From Fimbriosthenelais zetlandica (lineage: Eukaryota): a DNA stretch of 33,000 nucleotides. This document shows positions 1-13,590 of the stretch, piece after piece. Below the pieces are notes generated by a model. It was not told the origin of the DNA, ran no database searches, and worked only from the letters and a program-made list of their open reading frames with translations. The position numbers and the translations under genes were made by a program. The DNA lies in contig OZ365112.1 of NCBI GenBank assembly GCA_977030845.1, positions 17,391,001-17,424,000 of the forward strand. The letters run 5' to 3'. How positions within the stretch are numbered: position 1 is the stretch's first letter; each line of letters begins with the position of its first letter.

Positions 1-1234
1 TCGGTATTCTGCATGTCTGGTATGATATTTTCAATGTTATGATATTGAAAAGACAAAAAGTGTCTCTACTGTACATATTAGCTTTGTGCTAATAACGAAT
101 TCCAAGATCGCCTAATTTCACTTACATATCTGACTATAGTGAAAGTCCATTGGACATTGCTGATTTCAGTCTGGTCATGTTTTCACTGTCATTAACGTTG
201 GTAGTTTTTTATTTCTGGTTTCATTCTCCTGGTATCAAGGGACTGACTGTGATAGTAATTAAGAGCTTAATGTTATTAGTGCCACTACTGACAGTACCTA
301 GTGCGGATTGACTGCTATCACTCTGGCTCAGTTTGAGCGGCCAAGTGTTGCTGATGAGCATCATCAACTGAACACCTAATTTCCTCCCCCTTTTCAAGGC
401 TTCATTGTGAATTAAATACACATACACAGTGCCTTGAAATATGAATCTTTGCCGAGTAGAATTTGCTCATCATCCTGGTGTCGTGTGTATATAATGGTTG
501 TTTCTGCTGGTGTCGGCTGCTATCATTTGTTTATGAATAATCCCATCTCCATGGTTTTGTTTCTTTTATCTTGAAGCAAAGCAATGAAGCACACATCATG
601 CCCAGCTATTATAGGGTGTTTCATTTCCCAGTCAAAATTATTGGATTGAAATTATCTTGTCGACCTCGAAAATGTAATAGAATCACATCAGTCTGTCAGT
701 ATAATTTCACATGATTTCTGAGCCCGCAGCGTTCACCAATTCAGGAGCCAGAACCTCTCTGCTGAACCAGGCTAATTGCCCTTTTCGCTTCCAGTTCAAA
801 CAATATCATCTCAGGAGCCGAGTCCAAAATGCAAGAAAATGAAATGAAGATGAAAAACTTTCCCTTGAGGATTATGATTAGTGGCATGTAATAGTGTTTT
901 GAACAGGCTTCTCGTCCTTCATGTATTATGCAGCTGTGCTCTCCTCTGCTCAGCTTTCAGCCAAGTATGCTTGCCAAATGATTTTAGACCAAGCAAGTCA
1001 ATCTGGTCCGGCAATCTACTATGAAAGGGCAAATCACAGGAAAGAAAAAGCCTCTGATACATAAACACTCCTAAATGTCTCTCCCTCAATGACGGTATAT
1101 GTAGACATGATATAGTTGTTGTCTATCTTCTCATCTATCATATTTTGGCATATTTCATGCTCGTAATGAGTACATAGCCTCTGTCGATCACTCATTTTAT
1201 TAGGCGGCATTGGTGGGTAGTAATTGCTTTTGTG

Positions 1235-1515
1235 TTGTAGGACATTATCCATCCTGGAATACAGAGCTGATTGATCCTCAAACACTGGAGAAGAGTTGAT
1301 AAGCTGGAAGCATTATCATTGCAAAATGCATAACCGGAATATAGTTAGGCCATATTCGGACTCATAAACTGCCATTTACTCATTTATTTATGAACTGCCT
1401 TGTCTAAAAATTGCCTATAAAAACTAGTGAAAGGCCTACAGCGTGGAGAGAGCAATAACCACATGCATAAAATTCCCCATCTATCCATGCACTTAGCCAA
1501 GTTGATGGCAGTGTA
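1235..1515 (-). mobile_element. Decayed L1/Tx1-like RT fossil, subdomains 3-5
   Basis: AINLAKCMDR (1509-, cf. .IDL.KAFDR), VNGSL (1365-79), PVMHFAMIMLP (cf. PLLFAL.MEP) and LY..MDNVL (1238-66). Confidence 0.35.
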
Positions 1516-4500
1516 ACGGAAACATGGGCAATCGATGCAATATTGCACATGACTACACTTGACTATGTGCTGAGAATGAAATTTTATAGGCACCTCCCTA
1601 AAGTAAAGCGGAACGGTGCAGGGCTGCCTCTCAAAAAAGTAAGGAAAAAGCTATACATGCGTGTTGCCATCAGACATTCAAGCTGTCTGTTTTATGATAA
1701 CCTGCTGCAAAGCCATGCACAATCTACACTTTTCCCTCACTTATTGAGGGACAACCTATTTCATTTGAAATGAAATAGCTTTTGGTGAAATGACACCTAA
1801 GATGAGCGGTTGCCCCACCTTTCAATCAGTCTGATGTAGGTCTGGTTGATCGAGTTACTGTCAGGTGGTGTTACTTTATCTCCTTAAGTTGAGCCTGACC
1901 ACCTTCTCCAGGTGCAGTACTATACTACTGATCCCTCCCATTGACTGCCGCTTCTTACACGAAAAGTCTTCACTGAAGAAGCAACGAGAAAGGGAAGGAG
2001 ACGGGTTGGCAAGTGTGTACTGCACCATTTCACTATGCAGAACATTGCTCTTATCAATGTCCTTCAAGGTGGTGAAGGTACCATTACAGTGTACCGGGGG
2101 ACCTGTATTTAGGATAGGTTGTCCATACTTATAAGTAGTCGCGCCCATAGAAAGCTTTAATGGCTGGTCAGGCAGTCAAACAAGGACAGAAATGGCTCTC
2201 CTAACGACGCCTGCCTGTCTTGTACTCCTTCTTATAAAGTGTGACCATTGTTGACTATTTACAGTGCTGGGAGACTAGGGACGACATTATGGCTGTCAGA
2301 GAAAGAAATACAGCCCAACCTCACCTCCATAGACTTTTATGTCAGGGCACAGCCCAGAGGAAGGACTTTCTTCTGTGTTTCACCTCATGTGGTTCTGCAT
2401 ATATATCCCTCTGCTTTGTGTGGCAAGCTCTCTTTACATATGGGTTTCTGGTTTAGGAATGACTCAAAGGGTCATCAACATACCATACACTTGCGTGATG
2501 CACAAAATATGACGCTCATATGTAAGTGCATACTAAACTAAAGATTCCTCGCACATAACCTGACCACCCAACCTAGAATGCTCAATGCCCGCTTTACGCA
2601 TAAAAACCTGCTCCTTTTTTCTCGTAAAAAGATTTCAGCAGGGGCTACTTTAGACTTGGCGTGATGCCCTCATGTGGCTGTGCTATGCCTAATCATCTCT
2701 CCATGGGAGCAGTTTATTTGATAGTGATAGGCAATGGCTTCCCTCCCTGCTTTAGCGCCTATAGATAACTTCCCTAACTTGTTCTTGATGAAAATGAATC
2801 ACCCGTTTACTCAATCATTCCTTCAGCCTTATCCCATTACAGCTGCGTTGGCATTATCCACAAACTGATGTGATCCATACACACCAAGACTCGCACCCAT
2901 ATACAGACTGACCAGATCTCTACATCAAAGTCACCTATAGAAATAAACCCCAGCACATGCTTCAATTGATGGAAAGAGATAACCCTGATAGAGGTCTGAC
3001 TGTGATTGGATTGGTATCTGTATAGAGCCATACAAACACCACCATTTACTAATACTTCTTACCTTCCTCAATCTCGGCTCTCTCGTATACACTGACTTTA
3101 AATGGTGTAATTTAAGTGGGATTTTATTTATAGTTTCTCTTTCTGCAGAGGCTGACATTACAGTGTAAATATATGCTCTTTGAAGAAGGTAAATAGACTG
3201 GTAATAAACGCCTGTCAGAGTGGCTTCTCTACAAATGGTGGCTATATGGTAGCATTAGGTGCGTCTGGGATTTGTCAATTATCCTCATTCTGCTTGCTCT
3301 ATGTGTATTTCCGTCACCTCGACAACAATTGTTAAAGAACCTCAAAGAGAGCTGTGACTATTGCTACAACAAAGCAACAATGACACTGAAGCCAACATCT
3401 GAGGCTGTACATAAGGTACCAGGGGAATGACTGGCTTAAGAAGATAAAATAGGAAGCATTATCAAAGGGTCAGCCAGCAAGCAATGATGTTGGGCGTATT
3501 GAATGTTAGGTCAGTTATTTTGATGTTTCTCTAGGCTTTGATGCCCACATGCAGTGATTAGGCCTAGTCCTCAAGCGAAAAATAGAGATCCAAAGGCGGC
3601 AATCATAGATTACAATGTCCAAAGTCAAAAAGAGCTGTAGAGATGAAATGATATGATCACTGGAAAGGAGATAATTAAGAAGCAGCTGATTGATGATAAA
3701 TAAGATGTAATTAGTGGAGATTACAGTGTGGGGGGCCTGAAGGGGTGTGTGCACTCCAAAGGCAAGTTATATTGTGGCTACAATTCTTCTGCCTCGCTCA
3801 GTCTGCATCTTAGCAGTGGATAGTGTTTCTTTATGTGTGTGATTGCCTGCTAGAGACGAAGATGCTGAGACAGGTTGCAGGAACATTCGTCATGATTCAG
3901 CCTTATATATTTTTACTTATGCTGCTCTGATGACTACTGCCGAGGATTGCTGGGGCGCAGCATCTGATAATATTCAGAATAAATAAGTCATTCCTTATCT
4001 GGAATCTAGAGGCATGCGTCCTTGCAGATTCCAGTTACCATGTACTGTGTATTCATCATTTTGGTGTATAATAGTAGATCCGTTGGTAAATTTTCTACCA
4101 AAAACTGCCGGCGTTTATTCAGAAACATTTTGCGAATATATATGCCTGGGAATGTGAAATCAACAGGAAATAGTTTTCAGGCATGCAAATAGCTCAGTAA
4201 AGTCTCCCCACTCCCACTAACACTTGGGACTGACACAGATTTTATCGAAGGTCTCCACTACTTACCATTTTAATCTGAAATCAATGAAGCCTCTTGAGTC
4301 CCTGTTGAAGGCGACGCGAAGACTTCAGTGAAAACAATTACAGGAAAATGTCCTTGGGAGATGTGGTGAGGAAGAGGCAATTCAAAAATGCCTCAAGCAA
4401 GACGTCGGTAATTAGGAAGATATAGACTACCTCCTGTAGGGGGGTACAGAAAATTAGGAATCAGGAGAAGATGGATGAAGTTTATAAAATATAAAAAATG

Positions 4501-5869
4501 TACCCTATATATAATGCATGTGTTACCTTAATATGACTAAATTGTGGAACCTGCATAAGGTGGACGGATTTCTCTGTATTGAAGCAGGATAAGATCCACG
4601 GAGCTTCCATGTTGTCCTACTTCACGTGATAAGTGTACTAGAGGAAGACCCACTTGCACAATCTCCATCAGTCCTACTTGAGTCAATTGATCATACTCTA
4701 TAAGGCTAAACAATGTTACAGAGTTAGCATTGATGGGATGCTGGACCACGTGACAGAAATACCAGGTTGATCAAGTCACGCAGTTGTGACTAGCTCTTCA
4801 TCGCTCTAGGCTGAGTGCTGCCACCTGTCTTTGGCTAAGTGATGGAGTGACCTGCTAATTTGTCTCATCCGTCTTTATTTGGCGCTAGCAATGTGTGCTT
4901 GGTCACCCTCTAACGTGTGTATTCCACAAAACCTTAGCTTTCATTAGTAGTGCTACCTTAGAATTATTTCTAAACGGACCCTTGAAAGTAAAGCTGCAAA
5001 TGGCTTAAGCTGAATTCCCCAATCATTGCTCAAATCCAGTCAGAATGTCTTGGATATCATTAGTATAAGGCCTCTTTCTGAATGTGAAATTTTACAATGT
5101 GAAGAATTCTGAAAATATGCCATGCATAGTACTATGCATAATGCTAAAATGAATACAAAGCTTCGTGAGGAGGTCTCACTCTGTCTCACTGACCAATTTG
5201 AGTTGTGAACCTCACCAGTCTTCGCGTCTGGCCCCTACTGAGGCTGGTGACGATAAGCTTCATTTAGTTATTGAATTAAGTGTCCCATAACAGCCTGAAG
5301 AAATAATGAGAACAGACGGTGAGCTTATTCAGATTCGCCATACTCTCACAACATCCAATGTATATGCACGATGCTAATTCGATTTTGTAAAACAGTCGCT
5401 GGACATTCAGCGGGACGATCCACTGCTATGGCCAAGTCCTGTCGATAAAATGTAATTTCCCTGCTTGCCTTTTCCTGCCTGATTTCTGCCATGGCCGCCA
5501 GTCCAAGCTGGCCATCTCAGGTTGACCTAGGGAGAGGAAGAAGGTACCAGCAGAGGTAAATTTGAGAGATTGTCATGTAAGTTCATACAATTACGTCAGT
5601 GACCTTTTCAACCTTTGATCTTTGGCATGGGGGATCTAATTAGAAGACTGGAGGAAGCTTTAAAGGACAGATTTGGCTTGTAGAAGGTCAGGGCAATGGG
5701 TACGATGACCTTGCCCACCACATAATGAGGGGTGAACCTAAAAGAACACCACAAAACATGGACACAATTGAAAAAAGTTGTATTTTAAAGTTCCAACCTG
5801 GAGGAAAGTCGTCACAGGAGGTTAATACATACTCCTTATAGTTTTATCTTTATGATTCCATACGAAACA

Positions 5870-6290
5870 CTTGGATCATTGACCTTCCCAAATCGAACAG
5901 AGTGAAGATGAGACCAGCATGAAAATCAGGCAAAACAGACCAGGTGGGACTGGTTGATAAAGGTGACGAAAACCATGAACCTCTCATAGCTTTTGGCTTA
6001 AGCCATTTTAAGAGCGCCATCACTGGCTGCTTGTTTCCGGCGCCTCTCGCCATGTGCATTCTGTGTCTTTCCTCCTCAGCAGTAGAAGCCAGAAAATCTG
6101 GAGTGCCGTGCCAGAGAGCTCCTCTTTACTAGTTAATGTCTGGCATTGTCATTTTCAAGATCACCTACTTCGTGCTGTCTCATGAAAATAGACTCAAATG
6201 CTGCCCAGAATATTTCTGCTCTGCCAGCAGATATTCCTCTGCTTTTTTCATGCCACTCACGTATAAAGACCCCAAAAGAGACTCCTCTTA
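5870..6290 (-). mobile_element. Decayed Ty3/gypsy RT end and RNase H connection
   Basis: SGMKKAEEYLLAEQKYSGQHLS (KYSG about 6203-14, cf. KC.F...EVKYLGH), PVMALLK (6006-17) and LSTSP..VLPDF (5922-33, cf. LT.APVL..PDF). Confidence 0.4.
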
Positions 6291-7738
6291 CTTCCCTCTT
6301 TGTATTTTGTCTTCTGTAACAGTTACCTCCAACTCTTACCTAGCGCTGTGCTGCCTTGTGTATGGCCGCGACATTAGATGATATTAGACCGAGCATAGCA
6401 TTTGAATGTCATCCGCCGATATGTGTGGAAGGTTTGGCTTTATCTTCACTTTAGTATTCCCTAATCAAGCCTTTTAGCTCTATCCCCAACAGCAAGTCCC
6501 TGTATAGAGATTCTGAGGTGTGCATTTAGAAGTCTCGCTTAAAAACAGTTATATGATCATATATTATGTATTATGTTCCATCTTGCATTATGTGATGTCA
6601 TCTAAGAGTATGTTGAATTAAGGAGGGCCCCTTTAATGATATTTCCTTGGTTCGTAGAATGTTTTACTTAAAATATTTTATTAGGCGGAACTGTGTACGT
6701 ATTCATCATAGGTACATGTTCTAGCTGTGACAATTTAGCCGCAGAGAGACGAGGGCTGGAGGAAATGGTGACTAAGAGGTCCTTTGGGAGAGGAAGGATG
6801 CTCTTGATGAAGTGCTCTATGCCCGCTAGACCCGAGGTCTAGCCGGCAAATCGCTGATCGACAAGATATTGAATGAGCACCATGTATCTGTCCACTAATT
6901 ACCTACATATAAAAAAGTAGGGAAGAATCTGACTATCTAAAATTGGCTGAAATAAGTTATGTACCCATCTATGTAGATATTTAATAATGCAGTGATAGAT
7001 GTCTTATGGATACGTGCATCCAGCCTTGAGCCCACAAATACTCCCTCCCCAAAGGCGAGCCTCTGATGTAATTTCCATAGTAATACCCCAACTGCCACCT
7101 GCAGTTTTGCTATCTGCCGTCCGTTATAATGACAGAGGAACAATGCTACAGGTTGATGCAGCCCCACATCTTAAATAGGTCGGTGGTGAATATCTCACAT
7201 CTCGCTTTGTTTCTATGTCCAACACATGAAATAAGACAGCTAATCTCCCATGAAAGCTATCTCCCATGTTGCTGTTGACTATATATTGCTTTTATATTGT
7301 CGTCCAAATGCTCATACATGTATAGTTGAAGTGCTCAACTATGTTAATTGCACTGACTCCATTCGCTTGGGACTGGAAAACAAAGCGACCATTCTGATTA
7401 TCATTCCGAAGGAAGTGTATACTTTCTTAGAATGTCAGCTCATGGAGTTGGTGACCAATGATGGAAGGGTCCAACCCCCGAGCTTTGAAAGTTTCCCCCT
7501 ACCTCTTGTGTGTCCTAGGTAGTACCCAAGCTCCTGAGAAATACGGTTTGCACAAATATATACGACTCTATGAAAAAATCTGAGGGCAGGCCATAACCAG
7601 CAATCATGAATCAGAGGTATGACAGAAGCCATGGTGGTGCAAAGGTGCAAAACTCAGCTGGCCAAGTTTTGATTTTGGCAAAGTCGTTGAATCCCATGGG
7701 AATAAAGGATGAGTCGTGATAAATGGTGATTTGTCAGA

Positions 7739-8400
7739 ATGACCCTGTCTGCCATGTGTTGGAACATTATATGTGCGGGTAGCTATAGGTTGGGGTGGCT
7801 GGGATCAAACAGGCCAGGCTACAAGGTTGATACGTACGCCCAACAGCTTTCACTGGCCAACTCTCTGCTCTTATCCATTCAGACTAGATATAGAGGATCG
7901 CATTGGAACATAAAGGTTTGGGAATCGAGGGGATTTGTCCTACTCCCCTTGTGGAACAAATGGGATAAATTGACGGGGCAGGCTTAGTATGCAATACGAT
8001 CAGGCAGTGGAGAAGTTTGATCTCTATAGCTCACACGCCCCATCGATCACAAGTATACAGATAAAAGATACAACTACAGAAAATTGAGGTCCACACTCTG
8101 GGAAAGAGTAGAAATATGATGAATCATATTTAAGTTCCCTCGTGGAAGAAATTTTATTTATTAAAGGATGTGGCAGCTTCTACAATCAAAAGGCTCGTCA
8201 TTGTGGCAAAAGGGTAAAAATGTTTTATTGGTGAAACTCTTTCTGATCATCCCAAGCCATGGAACAGAACAAGGAGGCGAAGAAAAAAAACCAAAGCAGC
8301 TTTCTCCTGAATCATTTATTACGTATTTTTGCCCCAATGGCCTTTTCTTATGCATAATTTTCATCGTTAAATCGGCTCACTATTCAATAATGATGGTTGT
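7739..8400 (+). mobile_element. Decayed L1/Tx1-like AP-endonuclease (LINE ORF2 N-terminus) fossil
   Basis: MTLSAMCWN (WN at 7760), KVD..AQQ and SRG (7925) have near-canonical spacing. They are followed by GR, HAPS (8034, cf. YAPN), GRNFI (8144-58; GGA AGA AAT TTT ATT versus GGDFN, each mismatch a single base), TYFCP and SAH (8372, cf. SDH). Confidence 0.45.
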
Positions 8401-9544
8401 CATGCAGTACAATCATGTATTTTATATTTGCTGTTCACAACCTTCTATTATGGCAAAACATACATCCTCAGTGACTGAGGATATTCTACTTCACTTTGTA
8501 TTATAGCTCTACATTCTGAAACGCAGAATTAATGGTGTTTAACAAGATTAATACAAAAAGAATGAGAAGTGTTTAGCGCATCATTAGTGTTCTATGGTTG
8601 ATCATTAGGTTCTTGTTATTGGCTTTCTGGCTGGCTACTCTACCCGTTTCTATACGAGGCTGCTTTTTCTGTGTTGCGTAATATGCATTCTCAGGATGTG
8701 CTCCTAAAGCTAGTCACAAAAATAGTTGCTTTTCTCATGTCTTCTTCCTTTTGTCACATGTACAAAATGTACATGTATGTCTATTAGACAGAATAGGGTC
8801 TAATATGCTACAAAGAAAAAAGAGAATGGAAAGCTCATTCTCTCAGCAGGAGATGTATTGCAGGATGTGAGCAATTACGGGACCTGAAGCCTGCCCGCTT
8901 TTCCTTGATCTATACCTCAAGGTATTGGCTGGTCCTGATCGTTTTATGTGTTTGTGTATCACTAGTTAAATAGATGTTGTGAATGAAGTGGCCATACTAA
9001 GTCACCCCCGACTGACTAAGTATTAGAAGAAGGTGGCAATCTGCCTCCACCAGTTTTTAGACATGCCCTTGTAACGTCAGTACTTGGACTCAGATGACTG
9101 CAATCGAGTCCAAAGATTCTGGGTGGCCCTGCTGGATGCAGGGCACTATGCATATAATCGGTAATTTCCCCCAAATTGAGCAAAAAAATCAATAATTTTG
9201 CATCAAATTGTGCTTGCTTGCCTTTTCCAGGCCTGACCGGCTGTGGCGGTTCATTGATGCTACTCGTCCTTCTATTATCTGGTATAATACCCAAAGTGGT
9301 TGTTGTCATGGAGGAGGGGAAAGAAGATGGTTACCATGGATACTGCTCTATTAAGAGTGATTGGAAGCGACGAAGCGGGTCAGTGTAGCCCCTTCACGGT
9401 CAGTAGACTACATGGACTGACCTGAGCAGTGGCATCCTAATGTGGGATGCTCGGCTGAGAATCTTCTGAAGATTGAACCATGGTTACATACAATGCAGCT
9501 CTGCATATTTTGGTGCTGTCCAAGTTACCCACCCCCGTGTATCC

Positions 9545-10080
9545 TGAAGCGATGGTGGCTCCTCCGACTCTCCCCAGCCATTTCTTAGCCTATTGCTCTG
9601 AGCTATCCTCTGCAGATGAAGACCATTACACTGATGGTTGCTGTCAAGGGGCGCCTTTGCCGTAACAAAGCGATAGAAGCTTAATCTGCGGTCACTTTAC
9701 CGTTCTGATGTTAGATCATTCATGCTCCGGGCCTGGCTTAGAACCACACACTGAGATTGCCATCAGTCTTCTCTTTGATGCACTGTGGGATGTGACCATT
9801 CATCTAAAGTACGTCCATACCAGGAGGCCTCACAGCCTTTACATGGCGGACAGGCAAGAATATATACTGTCTATTGTACTAGTATCATACTCCATCCATC
9901 GCACCAGCAATAAAGTAGATATTGAAGGTCCCTTGGGTCACTATGACTTCGAACCCCATTCTCCTCGACATGGTTCTGTATGAAAGATCTTCCCATGCTT
10001 GTGATCGTGCAGGGTAGTAAACTGTTGGAGAATTGTAAGACTAAATATCAAAGCTTCTGCATCATTTTCAATACCCAACA
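9545..10080 (+). mobile_element. Possible decayed gypsy integrase fragment
   Basis: VAPPTL.SHFLA, VDIEGPL (cf. .DF.GPL) and frameshifted MLVIVQGSKLLE (cf. LVIVD..SKW.E). Spacing is poor. Confidence 0.3.
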
Positions 10081-10109
10081 ATGGCACCATTGGGGTCCTG
10101 TCCTTGAAT

Positions 10110-10470
10110 GAAAAATGTGTCTCCTGAAGTTTCTGAAATCATGAGATAAATATAAAGACAGAATATTTTAAGACAGATTATCTCTATGTCTGCAATATAG
10201 GTTATATTCATTCTTGTCAAGCTGCCTGTCTTTTTTAAGTTCCTTGGGGAAGCTGTAATCCCACTTAGTCCTTGTAAGGGGACAAAGAGCATCAATGGGT
10301 TCACTGCCTTCCCTTCTCCCCCATCTCAACGATTCCTTCCTCCTCCAGCAGATGGCACCAGCAGACACTGTGAAGCCGCCATAACGCACCAGTCAGTCCC
10401 CTTCCCACTCTCACTGCCATATTTCCTTTCCTAATCACTACAATAAGTCATTTTAAATATCTTGAGTCCA
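10110..10470 (-). mobile_element. Decayed non-LTR RT fossil, subdomains 3a-6 (RTE/L1-like)
   Basis: LIVVI..MAVRVGRGLTG (cf. VRV.G.LT), then GRREG with frameshifted NPLMLF (10284-10321, cf. G.RQG..LSP.LF), YIADI 29 aa later (10188-99, cf. YADD) and ETSG (10122, cf. SG..IN). Confidence 0.45.
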
Positions 10471-10674
10471 TGGGCATAGTTCCTGACATAATACTGAATG
10501 TACCCAACTTATATTCACATATTAACTCATTTACATCAGATGAAATATGTGTTTGCCTTTACATGATATATTAGTCCCTTTGATTGTTATTCTCTACTTG
10601 AAGTTCTATGCCAGGTTTTAATGCCCACGGTGCCTAACTGGCAGAAGTGCAGAATTCTTGGCCTCTAGCCCTCA

Positions 10675-11080
10675 CCATGTGGCCCTTAGATCCATGTTGG
10701 ACGTACCTAATAAACTCTATACTCCCAAAACACACATAAAACTGAGCTACGGCACCTGGGAACCAGGGAGAGGAAGTATATTTATATTGTTAGAGGCATG
10801 GCTGGCACCTCCTTTATTCTTCCCCTCCTGGTGGAATATTTCTTTTTAGAATGGCGGAAAACCTTTAGAGAAAAAACTTCCCGTGGAACTAAACATATGA
10901 TTCCAGGTGATACATATAAAAAGATAGCTTTTGCGAGATGTCTTAATTCTCGTGAACAGTGTTATGACTGTCTAGTGCATCTTTTTCATAAAATAACCAG
11001 GTGCCTTGTCCTCTTTAACAGCCTTCCTTTAAGTGACTAAGTGTCCCAAGTTTAGAGACAGCTTGCTACCTTCAGCCATT
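10675..11080 (+). mobile_element. Decayed CR1/Rex1-Babar-like ORF2 C-terminal region
   Basis: ALRSMLD (cf. YLGV.LD), NKL..KTHI (10727), SFILPLLVEY....W (10810-, cf. S.IRP.LEY...VW), RCL, LFNSLP and FRDSLLPSAI (11051-, cf. F.NSF.P.AI.LLN). Confidence 0.45.
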
Positions 11081-11790
11081 CTTTTAAGGCTTTATTATTG
11101 TAATAGTTTATCCTACCAGTATCAACAGACCATGGGAACCATTGACTGGCCTTGTTTTTCCTGCCTGCTACCTAAGCATGCATTCACTTGGGAAGCTGGT
11201 CTGGTTGCCCTTTGTTATGCCTCCCGTCATCCTGACTATGGCAGCTATATTTATCTTTCAAACTAACAGGACAGTAGTTACATTCTTGTCCTGGCTTTGT
11301 CTAGTTGGATAGGCCCGGAGGAAACATAAAATAGAAAACATCTCTCTAACTTGGCACTGATTGGGCCACAAAAAGTTTACATACTTTTTATTACTTAAAA
11401 AATGAATCTCGACTGAGCGGTTTTATATACTTGTCAAACACTTTACAAATATTTACATGGAACTGTACATTTATATGACAGGAAAGTAAGTGATACTTTA
11501 AATTTTGAATTCTGTCGAATTTTAATTTAGCTTTGTCCCCTCACATGAACAGAAAATATATTATTAACACAGCCACAGATGCTTGACAAAAAGGCGATCA
11601 CCCATATGTTCAACATGTATACACACCTCGCCACTTGCTTCTGTATATTCTTACCCCGTCTCCAACCACCCTACTAGGACTAACAATGCGTCTACATCCT
11701 CCATCCCTCCAACCCACAAAGCTTTCTCTCCATCATATACATATACACCTGCCTCATTCACATCCATACTACGGAGGCCCCTAACCTAAA
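11065..11790 (+). mobile_element. Decayed L2-like ORF2 C-terminal region, apparently interrupted at about 11120-11580
   Basis: LLPSAILLRLYYCNSL (RLYYCNSL at 11087-11110) matches 10/16 of my recalled L2 motif LVHAFILSRLDYCNSL. After the gap come HTSPLASVYSYPVS (cf. HITP.LASLHWLPV), THKA, PSY and YTPA in ORF 11583-11789. The sense strand is C-rich, as is typical of L2. Confidence 0.5.
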
Positions 11791-13344
11791 CCAGGAATGT
11801 CACTCTACATATTCTGTGTAGAAGTATAGTGGCCTATAGTGACTTTCCTGTCTGTACCTCTGACCAATTATGAATATTATTCTTACCATCAGTCATCCCT
11901 TTCTATCAGCCGTCTTTTACCTCGGTCTTAGAAACTTGGATCTCTTTCTGGCCATGGTGTTGATACCTTGACCCACTTCCTGGGCTTTGTTATCAGCTAT
12001 CCCTACATATCATACACCAGTTACCTCCAGGGGAGAAGTTGCTATGGCAACGAGGTGGTTCCTCGTAGAAGGTAGCGGATTTGATGTCTGATAAGAATGA
12101 ATTAGCTTTGATCCATGTCAGTTAATATGTCAGGCAGTGGTAGACGAGAAGAGTCACTTCCTGTGTATGGACCAAGTCATTTTGGCATATTACCCATGTG
12201 CTAAAGCAAAAAATACCTTTAGTGGTTGAATTTTAAACTATTCTTATATAAATTTATTGCTCATAAATTGGGTTCATGAAGAGTTAAGTTGCTGCAGCGC
12301 AGATATCTTTTCGGCCCAGAAATCATCAACTGTATCAACAGGTGAATGATGTTGCTCTGGTTGATTGGCAGTTCCAAGTACAGCACTGGAGTAATGTACT
12401 CCTGCTCCAGTCATTCTGCCTGGCCTATCACAGGTATTCCACACCTGGACTCTGCTCATTACCCTCTGATAAAGATTAATTAGTAGGTGCGTGATATATC
12501 TTACAATCTGTGATGATTGAATTCTACCTTCTGCTTCAAGTCAAACCTTTCATATACCCCGATATACCAGCCCAGATGTATAGATCAACTGATACAGGTC
12601 TGCATGTGGGGGATTGGTCTTCCACTAGATACATTTACCATTGGCCAAATATGTCAGGTGGAAATTTATTGGTGATTACTGCATGGGAAGTCAGAAAAGC
12701 ACCGAAATTTATTGCTATGATAATGTTCGGTTCAGACCTGTACAGATGTGGGGGAGTGGAGGTAGAAGAAGGGGTTTGAGGGTGTATAGGGTTACTGGCA
12801 TCTTCCCCCGTCTGTTCCAAGTACATGAGCCATGAAGAACAGAAGATGCTGTAAACACTTTTCTTTCTTGCCATTTGAGCCTGTTTTCAACTCATTGAAA
12901 AAGGCTAAAGATGAAGGCTGGGGAGGCAATGTAATAAACAAAGTCCCCTCCGGGAGTACAGGTTTTTACAAGATTACAAAAGTTTCCTCTCATAACTTCA
13001 ATATTTTAAGATTGGTAAAAACAGTTGACGCTGGTAAATATTGTATTAGAACGCTCTCCTGATGGATGGATTTTATGTTTAGTTTTGCAAAAGGCCTGAC
13101 CTTTTTTTCCTGTATCTTTGACTTTTTTTAAATATTATTCCGATGAAATTAAAACAATGCCAGTCACTGTAAAATTCCAGCACGTTGATCTGGCCAGGGA
13201 TGTCTGTCTTTCACCTGTTTGATTCAGCATTATGAGTACTTTCAGTGGGTCATTTCTGTACCGGTTTACAGAGCTGTGTATAGTTGTATAATGGTGAGGA
13301 GCTGTGAGCAGTTTTACAGCTACTCCACCACCTCACCATCTGTA

Positions 13345-13590
13345 GAGTTATCAGTTGGTGAGCACCTCACACTTCCCCAACCAGGAGCAAGAGGAGAGGA
13401 AGCAAGCCCTGCTCCTCCTAACCATATTTATGTCGTGAGAGAGGCTGGCATTCTCTTCTCTGACTCCCTAGGCTCCAGGTATCGCTTTCTGTTTATCTAC
13501 AAGAAATCATCATCCCCCACCCCCTACACCGTCCTCCACAGTCTACACCTTTTCCACCACCACCGCCTCCTCTTTCTCCCCCGTCTGCCA
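13345..13590 (+). mobile_element. Decayed L2-like RT subdomain 7 region
   Basis: LSVGEHL..PQPGAR (13348) and VREAGILFSDSL (13435-70, cf. VRNLGVIFDS.L), followed by TVLHSL...LLFLP. C-rich sequence. Confidence 0.35.

Noticed and set aside
1890-3150. Weak gypsy RT-like stretches on minus (KRQSMGGISS at about 1930; INKIP and FHQLKHVL at 2880-3150)
   Set aside because: Only two or three loose motifs each, with wrong spacing; not enough to call.
4260-4322. 57-nt minus-strand exon candidate ending ATG|GTAAGT
   Set aside because: The acceptor is weak, and there is no homology or partner exon.
3600-7130. RTE-like hints VKKSCRD (about 3620, +) and LDARIHKTS (about 7000, -)
   Set aside because: These are isolated single motifs without ordered support.
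5122-8805. 18-bp palindrome (5122-39) and 8-bp hairpins (6825-43, 8782-8805)
   Set aside because: These are within chance expectation for 33 kb; they are not terminators or TIRs.
12280-12400. L2-linker-like DDFWAEKISAL (minus)
   Set aside because: A single short motif.
12832-13062. Ig-like motif LRLVKTVDAGKYC
   Set aside because: The spacing is Y-C rather than Y-x-C, and there is no first Cys/Trp strand or exon structure.
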